From Polyangia bacterium (lineage in GTDB: Bacteria; Myxococcota_A; Polyangia; Fen-1088): a stretch of DNA of 64,000 nucleotides. A program made the translations under genes and the position numbers. The stretch covers positions 662 through 64,661 of the forward strand of contig DASXOE010000041.1 in the NCBI GenBank assembly GCA_036494575.1. The letters are read 5' to 3'. Below, one piece after another: positions 1 through 8,618 of this stretch. The notes beneath the pieces were generated by a model. That model saw only the letters and a list, made by a program, of their open reading frames with translations. It did no database searches and was not told where the DNA came from. Every line of letters begins with the position of its first letter. The stretch's first letter is position 1.

Positions 1-828
1 CTCGGAGGCGAAGGAGTTGAGCTGGTCGACCATCGTGTTGATGGTGTCCTTGAGCTGGAGGATCTCGCCCTTGACGTCGACGGTGATCGTCTTCGAGAGA
101 TCGCCGTTGGCGACGGCCGTCGTGACGTAAGAGATGTTGCGCACCTGCGAGGTCAGGTTGCCGGCCATCGAGTTGACGTTGTCGGTGAGATCCTTCCAGA
201 CGCCGGCGACGCCCTTGACCTGCGCCTGGCCGCCGAGCTTGCCTTCAGTTCCAACCTCCCTGGCCACACGAGTGACCTCGGAGGCGAAGGAGTTGAGCTG
301 ATCGACCATCGTGTTGATGGTGTTCTTGAGCTCGAGGATCTCGCCCTTGACGTCGACGGTGATCTTGCGCGACAGGTCGCCCTTGGCGACGGCGGTGGTG
401 ACGTCGGCGATGTTGCGGACCTGGGCGGTGAGGTTGCCCGCCATGAGGTTGACGTTGTCGGTGAGGTCCTTCCACGTTCCGGCGACGCCCTTGACCTGCG
501 CCTGGCCGCCGAGCTTGCCCTCGGTGCCGACCTCGCGGGCGACGCGCGTGACCTCCGAGGCGAACGAGCCGAGCTGATCGACCATGCCGTTGACGACCTT
601 GGCCGTGCTGAGGAACTCGCCTTTGATGCGGCGGCCGTCGATGTTCATCGTCATCTTCTGCGACAGGTCGCCCGAGGCGACCGCGCCGATGACGCGGCCG
701 ACCTCCGTCGTCGGCTGCACGAGGTCGGCGATGAGCGCGTTGACCGACTCGATGCACGAGTTCCACTCGCCGCCCGCCTCGCGCAGCGTCGCGCGCTGCG
801 CGAGCTTGCCCTCCTTGCCGACGACCTT
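1..828. repeat. three tandem 276-bp units (92-aa HAMP-pair modules) inside the poly-HAMP gene
   Basis: Units start at 1, 277 and 553, each beginning ctcggaggcgaa / ctccgaggcgaa. Units 1 and 2 share long identical runs, e.g. the 41-nt ccggcgacgcccttgacctgcgcctggccgccgagcttgcc. Unit 3 is more diverged. Confidence 0.9.
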
Positions 829-1026
829 GCTGATGCGATCGAACTCGTCCGACATCCCCTCGTTGAGCTCGATGATCTCGTTCAACGACTCGACGATCTC
901 GCCCGCGACCCCCGTGAATTTCTGGGGCATGCGCACCGAAAAGTCGCCTTTCTTGAAGGCGCGCAACGTCCTTAAGAGCAGCCCGGGATCGATCGTGTCG
1001 GACATCGATCGTTTCACGACTTGCAT
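1..1026 (-). CDS. poly-HAMP signalling protein, N-terminal part (probable sensor kinase; 3' end lies beyond the window start)
   Basis: Absent from the ORF track because there is no in-window stop. My translation of the minus strand from ATG 1026..1024 (GGGGGA 6 nt upstream) reads [44 protein letters not shown]... It continues with consecutive ~92-aa units carrying [75 protein letters not shown], the classic concatenated HAMP signature. The frame stays open to base 1. Confidence 0.85.
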   Translation of the reverse strand, partial: MQVVKRSMSDTIDPGLLLRTLRAFKKGDFSVRMPQKFTGVAGEIVESLNEIIELNEGMSDEFDRISKVVGKEGKLAQRATLREAGGEWNSCIESVNALIADLVQPTTEVGRVIGAVASGDLSQKMTMNIDGRRIKGEFLSTAKVVNGMVDQLGSFASEVTRVAREVGTEGKLGGQAQVKGVAGTWKDLTDNVNLMAGNLTAQVRNIADVTTAVAKGDLSRKITVDVKGEILELKNTINTMVDQLNSFASEVTRVAREVGTEGKLGGQAQVKGVAGVWKDLTDNVNSMAGNLTSQVRNISYVTTAVANGDLSKTITVDVKGEILQLKDTINTMVDQLNSFASE

Positions 1027-1088
1027 GCGAGTCCCCCTACCGAGTGGAGTGGCGCCGCGCCCGCCGGGCAGCGGCGTGAGACGTTGAT

Positions 1089-1118
1089 CATTGACGGGCG
1101 ACGCGACGCCCGTCAATG
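1089..1118. promoter_or_regulatory. perfect 12-bp inverted repeat with 6-nt spacer between the glgX stop and the poly-HAMP gene start (terminator-like hairpin or operator)
   Basis: cattgacgggcg-acgcga-cgcccgtcaatg read directly from the sequence. No U-tract follows on either strand. Confidence 0.4.
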
Positions 1119-1191
1119 CGCAAGTCATTGAAATGAAGTCACCTTCCGGTAACCACCATTTGCCGATGTGGCAGTTCGGTAACGTCTGTGT

Positions 1192-3276
1192 TCAGCCCGC
1201 GCTCACGAAGACGGCGGCGGAGCGGGCGAGGAGCTCGTGGCTCGCGCCCGCGGCGCGCGGCGTCGCGTCGGGCGCCGCCGCGCTCCGCGTATCGACGCGC
1301 GCGCTCCAGGAGCCGGGGCCGGGCGGAAGCGTGAAGACTTTTGCCTCTGCGTCGGCGTTGAGCAGGAAGAGCACATGCTTGCCGCTCGTGTGGCGGAAGA
1401 CGACCTGGAGCGACCGCACGAAGGGCCGCTCCCAATCCTCCTTGGGCATCTCGGTGCCGTCGGGCCGATGCCACTCGAGGTCCTTGTGCGCGCTGTCCCA
1501 GATCTCGCCCGTGAAGAAGGCGTCCATGCGCACGACCGCGAGCTCGGCGCGCAGCGCGACGAGACGCCGCGTGAAGGCGAGCAGCCCCTGGCGCGTCTCG
1601 TCGAGGTTCCAGTCGAGCCACGCCGTCTCGTCGTCGAGGCAGAAGGCGTTGTTGTTCCCGCGCTGCGTCCGCCCGAGCTCGTCGCCCGCGGTCAGCATGG
1701 GGACGCCGCGCGCGAGCAGCAGCGTCGTGAGCAGGTTCCGCTTCTGGCGCTCGCGCAGCTCGCGGATCGCGGCGTCGGTCGTCTCGCCCTCGACGCCGCA
1801 ATTCCACGATTGATTGTCGTCGGCGCCGTCGCGGTTGCCGTCGCGGTTCCCCTCGTTGTGCTTCTGCCCGTAGGTCACGAGATCGTGCAGCGTGAAGCCG
1901 TCGTGACACGTGACGAAGTTGATGCTCGCCGACGGGGTTCGGCCCGCCGGCTCGAAGAGGTCGCCCGAGCCGGTCAGCCGATAGCCGACCTGGCCGGCCA
2001 GGTTTTCGTCGCCTTTCCAGTAGCGCCGAAAGGCGTCCCTGAACTGACCGTTCCACTCGGACCAGAGGACGGGGAACTGTCCGAGCTGGTAGCCCCCCTC
2101 GCCCGTGTCCCAGGGCTCGGCGATGAGCTTGAGGCGCCCGAGGATGGGATCCTGGTGAATGGCGCGCAAGAATCCGGCGGCGGCGTCGAAGGCCGGCGGC
2201 GAGCCCTCGCGTGCCAGCACGGTCGCCAGATCGAAGCGGAAGCCGTCGACGTGCATGTCGACGGCCCACATGCGCAGGCTGTCGAGCACGAGGGCGAGCG
2301 CGAAGGGCGAGCGCATGTCGAAGCAGTTCCCGCAGCCCGAGAACTCCATGCAGTAGCGCGCGCTCTCGCTCGACGCCAAGTAGTAAGACGCGTTGTCGAG
2401 GCCCCGGAACGAGATTGTGGGGCCCTTGTGGTTGCCCTCGTACGTGTGGTTGTAGACGACGTCGAGCAGCACCTCGAGCCCGGCCTCGTGCAGCGCGCGG
2501 ACCATTTGCTTGAACTCGCGCACGGCCGCGCCCGGCGCCTTCGAGACGGCGTAACCCGCGTGCGGCGCGAGGTAGCCGAGCGGGTTGTAGCCCCAGTAAT
2601 TCACGAGGCCCTTGTCGGCGAGGGTGCCGTCGTCGTCGAACGCCAGCACGGGCAGCAGCTCGACGGTCGTGACGCCGAGGTCCTTGAGGTGGCCGATGGC
2701 GGCCGGGTGCGCGAGCCCAAGGTAGGTCCCGCGCAGCTCCTCGGGAACGCCGGGATGGCGCCGAGTGAAGCCCTTGACGTGCAGCTCATAGATGACGCTG
2801 TCGGCGAGCGCGCGCGCCGGGCGCGGCGCGGGGCTCCGATCGACCTCGCGCGCGATGACGACGCAGCGAGGGACGGAGCCGGCGCTGTCGCGGGCGTCGA
2901 AGGAGAGGTCCTCCTCGGGGCTGCCGACGTCGTAGCCGCAGATGGGGCCCTTGAGATCGACGCGGCCGAAGAGCGCGCGGGCGTAGGGATCGAGGAGGAG
3001 CTTGTTGACGTTGAAGCGGTGACCCTTCTCGGGCTCGTAGGGTCCGTCGACGCGGAACCCGTAGAGTGCGCCCGCCTCGAGGCCTGGCACGAAGCCGTGG
3101 AAGACGTGCGCCGTGCGTCCCGGCAGTTCGTGACGGGTCGTCTCGCGCGACGGGTCGTTGGGGTCGAAGAGGCAGACGAACGCGCGCGTGCCGTGGCGCG
3201 AGAAGACGGCGAAGCTCACGCCTCCGTCCTCGAGCGTGGCTCCAAGAGGATAGGGGCGTCCCTCGGTGATGCTCAT
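1192..3276 (-). CDS. glgX: glycogen debranching enzyme GlgX/TreX (isoamylase, GH13)
   Basis: ORF 1192..3291. N-terminus MSITEGRPYPLGATLEDGGVSFAVFS, plus DVVYNHT, GFRFDLA, EPWD and FVTCHDGFTLHDL motifs typical of GlgX. The ATG at 3276 is preferred over the TTG at 3291. Confidence 0.95.
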   Translation of the reverse strand: MSITEGRPYPLGATLEDGGVSFAVFSRHGTRAFVCLFDPNDPSRETTRHELPGRTAHVFHGFVPGLEAGALYGFRVDGPYEPEKGHRFNVNKLLLDPYARALFGRVDLKGPICGYDVGSPEEDLSFDARDSAGSVPRCVVIAREVDRSPAPRPARALADSVIYELHVKGFTRRHPGVPEELRGTYLGLAHPAAIGHLKDLGVTTVELLPVLAFDDDGTLADKGLVNYWGYNPLGYLAPHAGYAVSKAPGAAVREFKQMVRALHEAGLEVLLDVVYNHTYEGNHKGPTISFRGLDNASYYLASSESARYCMEFSGCGNCFDMRSPFALALVLDSLRMWAVDMHVDGFRFDLATVLAREGSPPAFDAAAGFLRAIHQDPILGRLKLIAEPWDTGEGGYQLGQFPVLWSEWNGQFRDAFRRYWKGDENLAGQVGYRLTGSGDLFEPAGRTPSASINFVTCHDGFTLHDLVTYGQKHNEGNRDGNRDGADDNQSWNCGVEGETTDAAIRELRERQKRNLLTTLLLARGVPMLTAGDELGRTQRGNNNAFCLDDETAWLDWNLDETRQGLLAFTRRLVALRAELAVVRMDAFFTGEIWDSAHKDLEWHRPDGTEMPKEDWERPFVRSLQVVFRHTSGKHVLFLLNADAEAKVFTLPPGPGSWSARVDTRSAAAPDATPRAAGASHELLARSAAVFVSAG

Positions 3277-3483
3277 GAGTCGCGATACCAATTCATACCG
3301 TGTGCCACGAGACCATCGCGCTCAAGTCCAATCCTGGCCACGCCGACCGGGCGCGCGCGTCACTCAGCCGTGACGAATCGGGAACTCTCGGTGACCCTTT
3401 TGAGTCCTGCAAACAACGGTAAACGAGAATCTCAGCGTGGCATGACGGCTGCATTCGAGGCGATGCAAAAGGGAGGTACGCCC

Positions 3484-4041
3484 ATGCGATCCAATCGAGC
3501 TTCGTTTCTTGGTGGTGTCCTGACGTTGGCCCTCGGCCTGTTCCTGTCGACGAGCGCGAGCGCGAAGGTGGACGCGCCGGCCGGGCAGGGCGCCGTCACG
3601 CCCGAGCGGGTGCAGCCGCTCCTCCTCGCCGACGTCGTCGTGCAGGGGCAACAGCCCACGCCGACGCCCGCGCCCGCGCCGGCGGCGCCCGCGCCCGTCG
3701 TCGTCGAGCCGCAGACGCAAGCGCCTGTGGTCGCGCCCACGCACAGCTCCACCGTCGTCGAGCACGAGAACCACAACTACATGGAGACCATCGCGGTGAG
3801 CGCCATCATGGGCGCCGTCGCGGGCGTCCTCGTCGGTGGAGCCATCTATTACCTCGCCGACAATCGGACGCACTCGCAACGCATCATCTACTGGGGCGCG
3901 GGCGGCGTGATCGTCGGCACCGCGGTCGGCCTCACGCAGCTCGCCGTGCAAGAGAGCCGCGTCGATCGGGCCACGGCTTCGCTGCTGCCGACCGACCCGG
4001 CGCCCACCTTCCGCCTCGCGCTCCTCCAAAAGAGCTTCTGA
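3484..4041 (+). CDS. hypothetical secreted/membrane protein (signal peptide, Pro/Ala/Thr linker, two C-terminal TM helices)
   Basis: This is the 3' part of the artefactual ORF 1237..4041. ATG at 3484 is preceded by aagggagg. Sequence MRSNRASFLGGVLTLALGLFLSTSASA..., then AIMGAVAGVLVGGAIYY and WGAGGVIVGTAVGL. Third-position GC is high. Confidence 0.7.
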   Translation: MRSNRASFLGGVLTLALGLFLSTSASAKVDAPAGQGAVTPERVQPLLLADVVVQGQQPTPTPAPAPAAPAPVVVEPQTQAPVVAPTHSSTVVEHENHNYMETIAVSAIMGAVAGVLVGGAIYYLADNRTHSQRIIYWGAGGVIVGTAVGLTQLAVQESRVDRATASLLPTDPAPTFRLALLQKSF

Positions 4042-4042
4042 G

Positions 4043-5812
4043 TCAGGCGAGATCGAGCCACCGGGGCGAGGCGGCGAAGGCGCCGTGGATGAGCCCCGCG
4101 TGGGAGTAGGCCTGGGGGAAGTTGCCCCACATTTGTCGCGCGGCGGGCGCGTAGTCCTCGGCGAGCAGGCCGAGGGGTGACATCGCGGCGCGCACGCGCT
4201 CCATGAGGGCGCGCGCCTCGTCGAGCCTCCCGGTCGTCGCGAGCGCCTCGATCAGCCAGAACGTGCACAGCACGAAGGCCACCTGGGGTCTGCCGAAACC
4301 ATCGTCGAGATCATACCGGTAGAGCCATCCGTTGCGCGTGAGCGTGGCGCGGATGGCGTCGACGGTGCGGACGAGCTTCGGGTCGTTCGGGGGCAAGAAC
4401 CGCAGCGGCGCCATCTGGAGGAGAGAGGCGTCGAGGTCGTGCCCTCCGTGCGCGCCCGCGAAGGCGCCGAGGCGCTCGCTCCAGGCCTCGGCGATGATTC
4501 GGGCGCGGATCTCGGCCGCCGCCGTCTCGAAGCGCGCGCGCATCGCGGGCGCGTGGCGCGCGGCGATGAGCGCCATGCGATCGGCCGCCGCCCAGCACAT
4601 GAGGCTCGAAAAGGTCTGCGGCTGCCATTCCGTGCGGTATTCCCAGATGCCGGCGTCGGGCGTGCCCACGACCGCCTGGGCCTGGCCGGCGAGGCGTTCG
4701 AGGAGCGCGAGCGTCTCCGGCGACCGCTCGTCGGCGAAGCGATCGTCGAGGTAGAGCGGCGACAGCGCGAGGAGCATCTCGCCGAAGATGTCGTTCTGCG
4801 TGTGGCGGGCGGCGCCGTTGCCCACGCGGACGGGCCGCTCGCCTCCGAACCCTGGCCATCCCTCGAGCATGCGCTCTTCGAGATCGCTGGTCCCGTCGAC
4901 GCGGTAGAGCGGAGAGAAGCGGAGGTCGGGCGTGTGGGCGCTGATGCGCAGGAGGTACTTCACGAAGCCCTCGCGCTCCTCGAAGTGGCCGAGCAAGCGC
5001 AGCGCGCTCAGCACGTAGGACGCGTCGCGCAGCCAACAGTAGCGGTAGTCCCAGGTGCGGCCCGCGCCGGGCGATTCGGGGATCGAGGTCGTCATGGACG
5101 CCACGATCGCTCCCGTCTCGTCGTAGCAATGGAGCTTGAGCGCGAGCGCCGAGCGAATGGACTCCTGCTGCCAGACGGGCGGGATGTTGCAGTGCTTGAC
5201 CCAGGTCTGCCAGTAGCGAAGCGTCGCCGCGAGCACGCGGTCGCCGTAGGCCGCCACGGGCTCCGCCACGGGCGCGCCCCACGTGAGGACGAGGCGACGA
5301 CGCTCCGAGAGCGCGAAGGGCCGGCCGTTTGCGATGTCGTCGACGGCGACGTCGGTGTCGAGCCAGAGCGGGCTCGCGAGGCCGTCGACGCGGAGCCGGC
5401 CCTCGTCGGGTATGAGAGGCGCGCGCGCCTTGGACCATCCAAGGCGCGGCTCGAAGAGAACGCGCGCGGTCGGCTGCCCCTCGAGCGGTTCGATCACGCG
5501 GAGGATTTGTGTCGGGTGGAAGATGTTCTCGACGGGACCGAAGCGGGGCGCGAAGTCCAGCACCCGAAAGGTGCCCGCGTCGGTCCGAAACAACGTCGAG
5601 AGCACGTTCGTGTTCTCGACGTAGCTCTGTTGGCCGGCTTCGCCCCCGGGGGGCTCGACGACGAAGCGTCCGCCATCCGCCTCGTCGAGCAGCGTCGAGA
5701 AGATCGGCTCGGAGTCGAAGCGCGGCAGGCAGCACCACACGACGCCGCCCGAGCGCTCGACGAGCGCCGAGCATTGACAGTTACCGATGAGCCCCATGTC
5801 CTCTAGACGCAT
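4043..5812 (-). CDS. glycoside hydrolase family 15 (glucoamylase/trehalase-type)
   Basis: ORF 4043..5911 trimmed to MRLEDMGLIGNCQCSALVERSGGVVWCCLPRFDSEPIFSTLL. Contains WDYRYCWLRDASY and QNDIFGE, which are GH15 catalytic-domain signatures. Confidence 0.88.
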   Translation of the reverse strand: MRLEDMGLIGNCQCSALVERSGGVVWCCLPRFDSEPIFSTLLDEADGGRFVVEPPGGEAGQQSYVENTNVLSTLFRTDAGTFRVLDFAPRFGPVENIFHPTQILRVIEPLEGQPTARVLFEPRLGWSKARAPLIPDEGRLRVDGLASPLWLDTDVAVDDIANGRPFALSERRRLVLTWGAPVAEPVAAYGDRVLAATLRYWQTWVKHCNIPPVWQQESIRSALALKLHCYDETGAIVASMTTSIPESPGAGRTWDYRYCWLRDASYVLSALRLLGHFEEREGFVKYLLRISAHTPDLRFSPLYRVDGTSDLEERMLEGWPGFGGERPVRVGNGAARHTQNDIFGEMLLALSPLYLDDRFADERSPETLALLERLAGQAQAVVGTPDAGIWEYRTEWQPQTFSSLMCWAAADRMALIAARHAPAMRARFETAAAEIRARIIAEAWSERLGAFAGAHGGHDLDASLLQMAPLRFLPPNDPKLVRTVDAIRATLTRNGWLYRYDLDDGFGRPQVAFVLCTFWLIEALATTGRLDEARALMERVRAAMSPLGLLAEDYAPAARQMWGNFPQAYSHAGLIHGAFAASPRWLDLA

Positions 5813-5952
5813 CGGCGACGCTCGGGTGGAAGGTGTACGCGACGGTAACGCGTGTCCATCACTTGTGACCCCGCGCGCGGCGAACGCGCCGTTCGCCAGC
5901 CCCGCGCGCATGGCACGCCGATTGAACCATCGCTCGTCGGGGAGGACAGACG

Positions 5953-6411
5953 ATGAACCAAATGAGGACTGAAAGGGACGACAGCACCGTCGATGCGCTG
6001 AACGAGCTCCTGCGCGGGGAGCTCTCGGCGGTCGAGAGTTACGATAAGGCGCTTCCCGCCGTGGAGGACAAGCCGGCGCTGCGCAGCGATCTGCAAGAAT
6101 GTCGCGCCTCTCACGAGGCGCGCGTCGAACGGATCCGCCGCGCCATCGAGCAGGTGGGCGGCGAACCTGCCCGGGCCTCCGGGGCGTGGGGGTTGTTCGC
6201 GAAGGCGGTCGCGGGGGGGGCGCGGGCGCTCGGGTGGAAGACGGTCGTGTCGACGCTCGAGGAGGGCGAGGACCATGGCCTCAAGGAGTACAAGGACGCG
6301 CTCCCGCGGCTCGACGAGGGGTTGCGCCATCTCGTCTCGAGCGAGCTCTACCCGCAGCAGCAGCGCACGCACAGCGTGATGTCCGCTCTCAAACGCGTGG
6401 CGTCCGCGTGA
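5953..6411 (+). CDS. PA2169/DUF2383-family four-helix-bundle (ferritin-like) protein
   Basis: 152 aa. STVDALNELLRGELSAVESYDKAL...CRASHEARVERIRRAI...LEEGEDHGLKEYKDAL gives the pattern of the small stress-induced four-helix family. Confidence 0.7.
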   Translation: MNQMRTERDDSTVDALNELLRGELSAVESYDKALPAVEDKPALRSDLQECRASHEARVERIRRAIEQVGGEPARASGAWGLFAKAVAGGARALGWKTVVSTLEEGEDHGLKEYKDALPRLDEGLRHLVSSELYPQQQRTHSVMSALKRVASA

Positions 6412-6499
6412 GCGCAGGTTGAAGGTGGGAGCCGCGATCTTAAGTTGATTCGAACGTGAGTTGGGACGGCGGCGGTGTAGCTTGGGGCGGCGTTTGGTC

Positions 6500-6540
6500 G
6501 ACGCGCATCCCGGAACGAAATACGTCCCGGGGTGCGCGTC
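6500..6540. terminator. strong GC-rich stem-loop between convergent genes (bidirectional terminator candidate)
   Basis: gacgcgcatcccgg (6500-6513) pairs with ccggggtgcgcgtc (6527-6540) with one mismatch and a 13-nt loop. It lies between the stops at 6411 (+) and 6558 (-). Confidence 0.5.
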
Positions 6541-6557
6541 GAGTTGGGTGACGTCGC

Positions 6558-8618
6558 TCAAGCTCCGGCCTTGGAGTCGAGCGGCGGCGGGGCGGGCGCC
6601 CGCGGCGCTTCCGAGGCGCGGTCACGGGCGCGCAGCCACTCGGCCACGCCCCATGCCTGCGCGACGCAGCCCCGCGGCGCGAACGGAGGCTCGGCGTCGA
6701 ACACCTCCGCGATCTGACCGATGCAGCTCTGCATGGCGTGGTCGCCGAGCCCCCGCAACGACGCGCGCGCCTTCTCTCGCGCCCCCGGCTCCGTGCGCAG
6801 GAGGGCGTCGACGTACGGTCCGATGAGCCAGCTCCAGACAGTGCCCTGGTGGTAGGCCGCGTCGCGCGTCCGGAGGTCGCCGTGGTAGTTCGCCTGGTAG
6901 CCGGGGCTGCCCGGCGCGAGAGAGCGCAGCCCGACGGGCGTGAGCAGCGTGCGCTCGACGATCTCGAGGACCGAGCGCCAGCGCGAGCGGTCGAGCACGG
7001 GATGGCCGAGCGAGAAGGCGATGAGCTGGTTCGGGCGCAGAGCCGGGTCGACCTTGGTCTCGGGGCCGTCGATGACGTCATAGAGGTAGCCGCCCTCGTC
7101 TTGCCAGAAGCGCGTGTTGAACGACGCGCGCACCTGCCGCGCCCGGTCCTCGGTCTCGCGGGCGTCGCCTTCGCGCTCGAGCGCGCGCCGCCAGCCGGAC
7201 ATGACTATGAGCGCGTTGTACCAAAGGGCGTTGATCTCGACGGCCTTCCCGCGCCGCGGCGTCACGACCCAGTCGCCGCACTTCGCGTCCATCCACGTGA
7301 GCGCGTAGCCGTCCTCGCCCTGCGAGAGCAGACCATCGCCCGGATCGACGTGGATGCCGAAGCGCGTGCCCGCGACGTGCTTGGCGATGATGTTCTCCAG
7401 CAGAGGCATGAGCTCGCGCAGGAAGGCGACGTCGCCCGTGTAGGCGAGGTAGCGCTCGAGGGCGTGGAAGAACCACAGCGTCGCGTCCGCCGTGTGATAG
7501 AGGCCCTCGTGCGCGCCCTCGGGGAAGAGGTTGGGCACGAGGCCGTCGCGCACGTAGCCGGCGAAGGTGCGCAGGATCCAGCGCGCCTCGCGGTGCCGGC
7601 CCGTGAGCAGGCACAGCCCCTCGAGCGAGATCATCGTGTCTCGTCCCCAGTCGGTGAACCAATGATAGCCAGCGATGATCGTGCGCAGGCTGTCGCCGCG
7701 CGCGCGCGCCCGCGCGGCGTCGACGGTTCGGCCCACGGGCGAGATCACGAACTGGTCGGCGCCCAGCGCGAGGCTGTCCGCGACGGCGTCGGCGCCCGCG
7801 GTCGGGACGCGCCGCAGGAGCCCGACGCGCCTGTCGCGCTCGCAGTCCTGCAGCTCGGCTGGATCGAGCGCGAGCAGGATCTCCCAGTCCTCCGCCGAGG
7901 CGACGAACGTCGCGGGAACGCCGGGCTCGAGCGTGACGTCGAACCGGCCGCGCGACCACAGCACGCCGCGCGAGTCGTAACCGCGGGCGGCTTCGACGGC
8001 GTACTCGACGGGGCGCCGCTCGGACGGCTCGAAGACGAAGCTCGTGCGCGCGCCGCTCACGTACATGCGCAGCGGCGGGTAGGGCCCGCCGCTCGTGAGC
8101 TCGAAGCGATCCTCCGTGAGCGAGACCGTGTAGACGGGCAGGTCGGTGGCGACCGAGCCCTCGTGCGGGCGCACGTGGATCGCTGGGCGCAGGTGCAGGC
8201 CGAGGCCGGTCGGGCCCTCGAGCAGGCGATAGACGACGGCGACGGTGTTCTGCCGCGCCGGCAGGAAGAGGCGGCGCTCGAGGCGGATGCCTTCGATCTC
8301 GAGGCACCACACGGGCAGGCCAAGCTCGAGGCGAAACTCCGCCAGCGCCGTCGAGCCCGCTCCACCGAGCTGGATCTCGCGTCCATCGGGCAGCACGAGC
8401 CAGTCGGTGAGGCGATTCAACATCATCGTGCGGCCGAGGGGGTTGCGGAGCGCGGCGATGAGGAGGCCGTGAAAGCGCCGCGTGATGACGCCCGAGATCG
8501 TGCCCGACGCGTAGCCGCCGATGCCGTTCGCGACGAGCCACTCGCGCTCGACGAGGACGCTGGCTGGGGTCGTGCCGCGCGTGTAGGCGACGAAGGACGG
8601 GAGGGGCGGCAGGCTCAT
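6558..8618 (-). CDS. amylo-alpha-1,6-glucosidase / GDE_C-family glycogen debranching enzyme (archaeal type)
   Basis: ORF 6558..9347 trimmed to MSLPPLPSFVAYTRG...EWLVANGIGGYASGTISGVITRRFHGLL. Also GYHWFTDWGRDTMISL, ALTWMDA and NQLIA motifs. The ATG at 8618 overlaps the treZ stop (ATGA). Confidence 0.88.
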   Translation of the reverse strand: MSLPPLPSFVAYTRGTTPASVLVEREWLVANGIGGYASGTISGVITRRFHGLLIAALRNPLGRTMMLNRLTDWLVLPDGREIQLGGAGSTALAEFRLELGLPVWCLEIEGIRLERRLFLPARQNTVAVVYRLLEGPTGLGLHLRPAIHVRPHEGSVATDLPVYTVSLTEDRFELTSGGPYPPLRMYVSGARTSFVFEPSERRPVEYAVEAARGYDSRGVLWSRGRFDVTLEPGVPATFVASAEDWEILLALDPAELQDCERDRRVGLLRRVPTAGADAVADSLALGADQFVISPVGRTVDAARARARGDSLRTIIAGYHWFTDWGRDTMISLEGLCLLTGRHREARWILRTFAGYVRDGLVPNLFPEGAHEGLYHTADATLWFFHALERYLAYTGDVAFLRELMPLLENIIAKHVAGTRFGIHVDPGDGLLSQGEDGYALTWMDAKCGDWVVTPRRGKAVEINALWYNALIVMSGWRRALEREGDARETEDRARQVRASFNTRFWQDEGGYLYDVIDGPETKVDPALRPNQLIAFSLGHPVLDRSRWRSVLEIVERTLLTPVGLRSLAPGSPGYQANYHGDLRTRDAAYHQGTVWSWLIGPYVDALLRTEPGAREKARASLRGLGDHAMQSCIGQIAEVFDAEPPFAPRGCVAQAWGVAEWLRARDRASEAPRAPAPPPLDSKAGA

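Noticed and set aside
1237-4041. 934-aa plus-strand ORF spanning the glgX region
   Set aside because: Most of it is antisense to the motif-supported glgX and is Arg/Ala/Gly/Pro-rich, the typical high-GC antisense artefact. Only the last 558 nt (3484..4041), with their own SD and signal peptide, look genuine.
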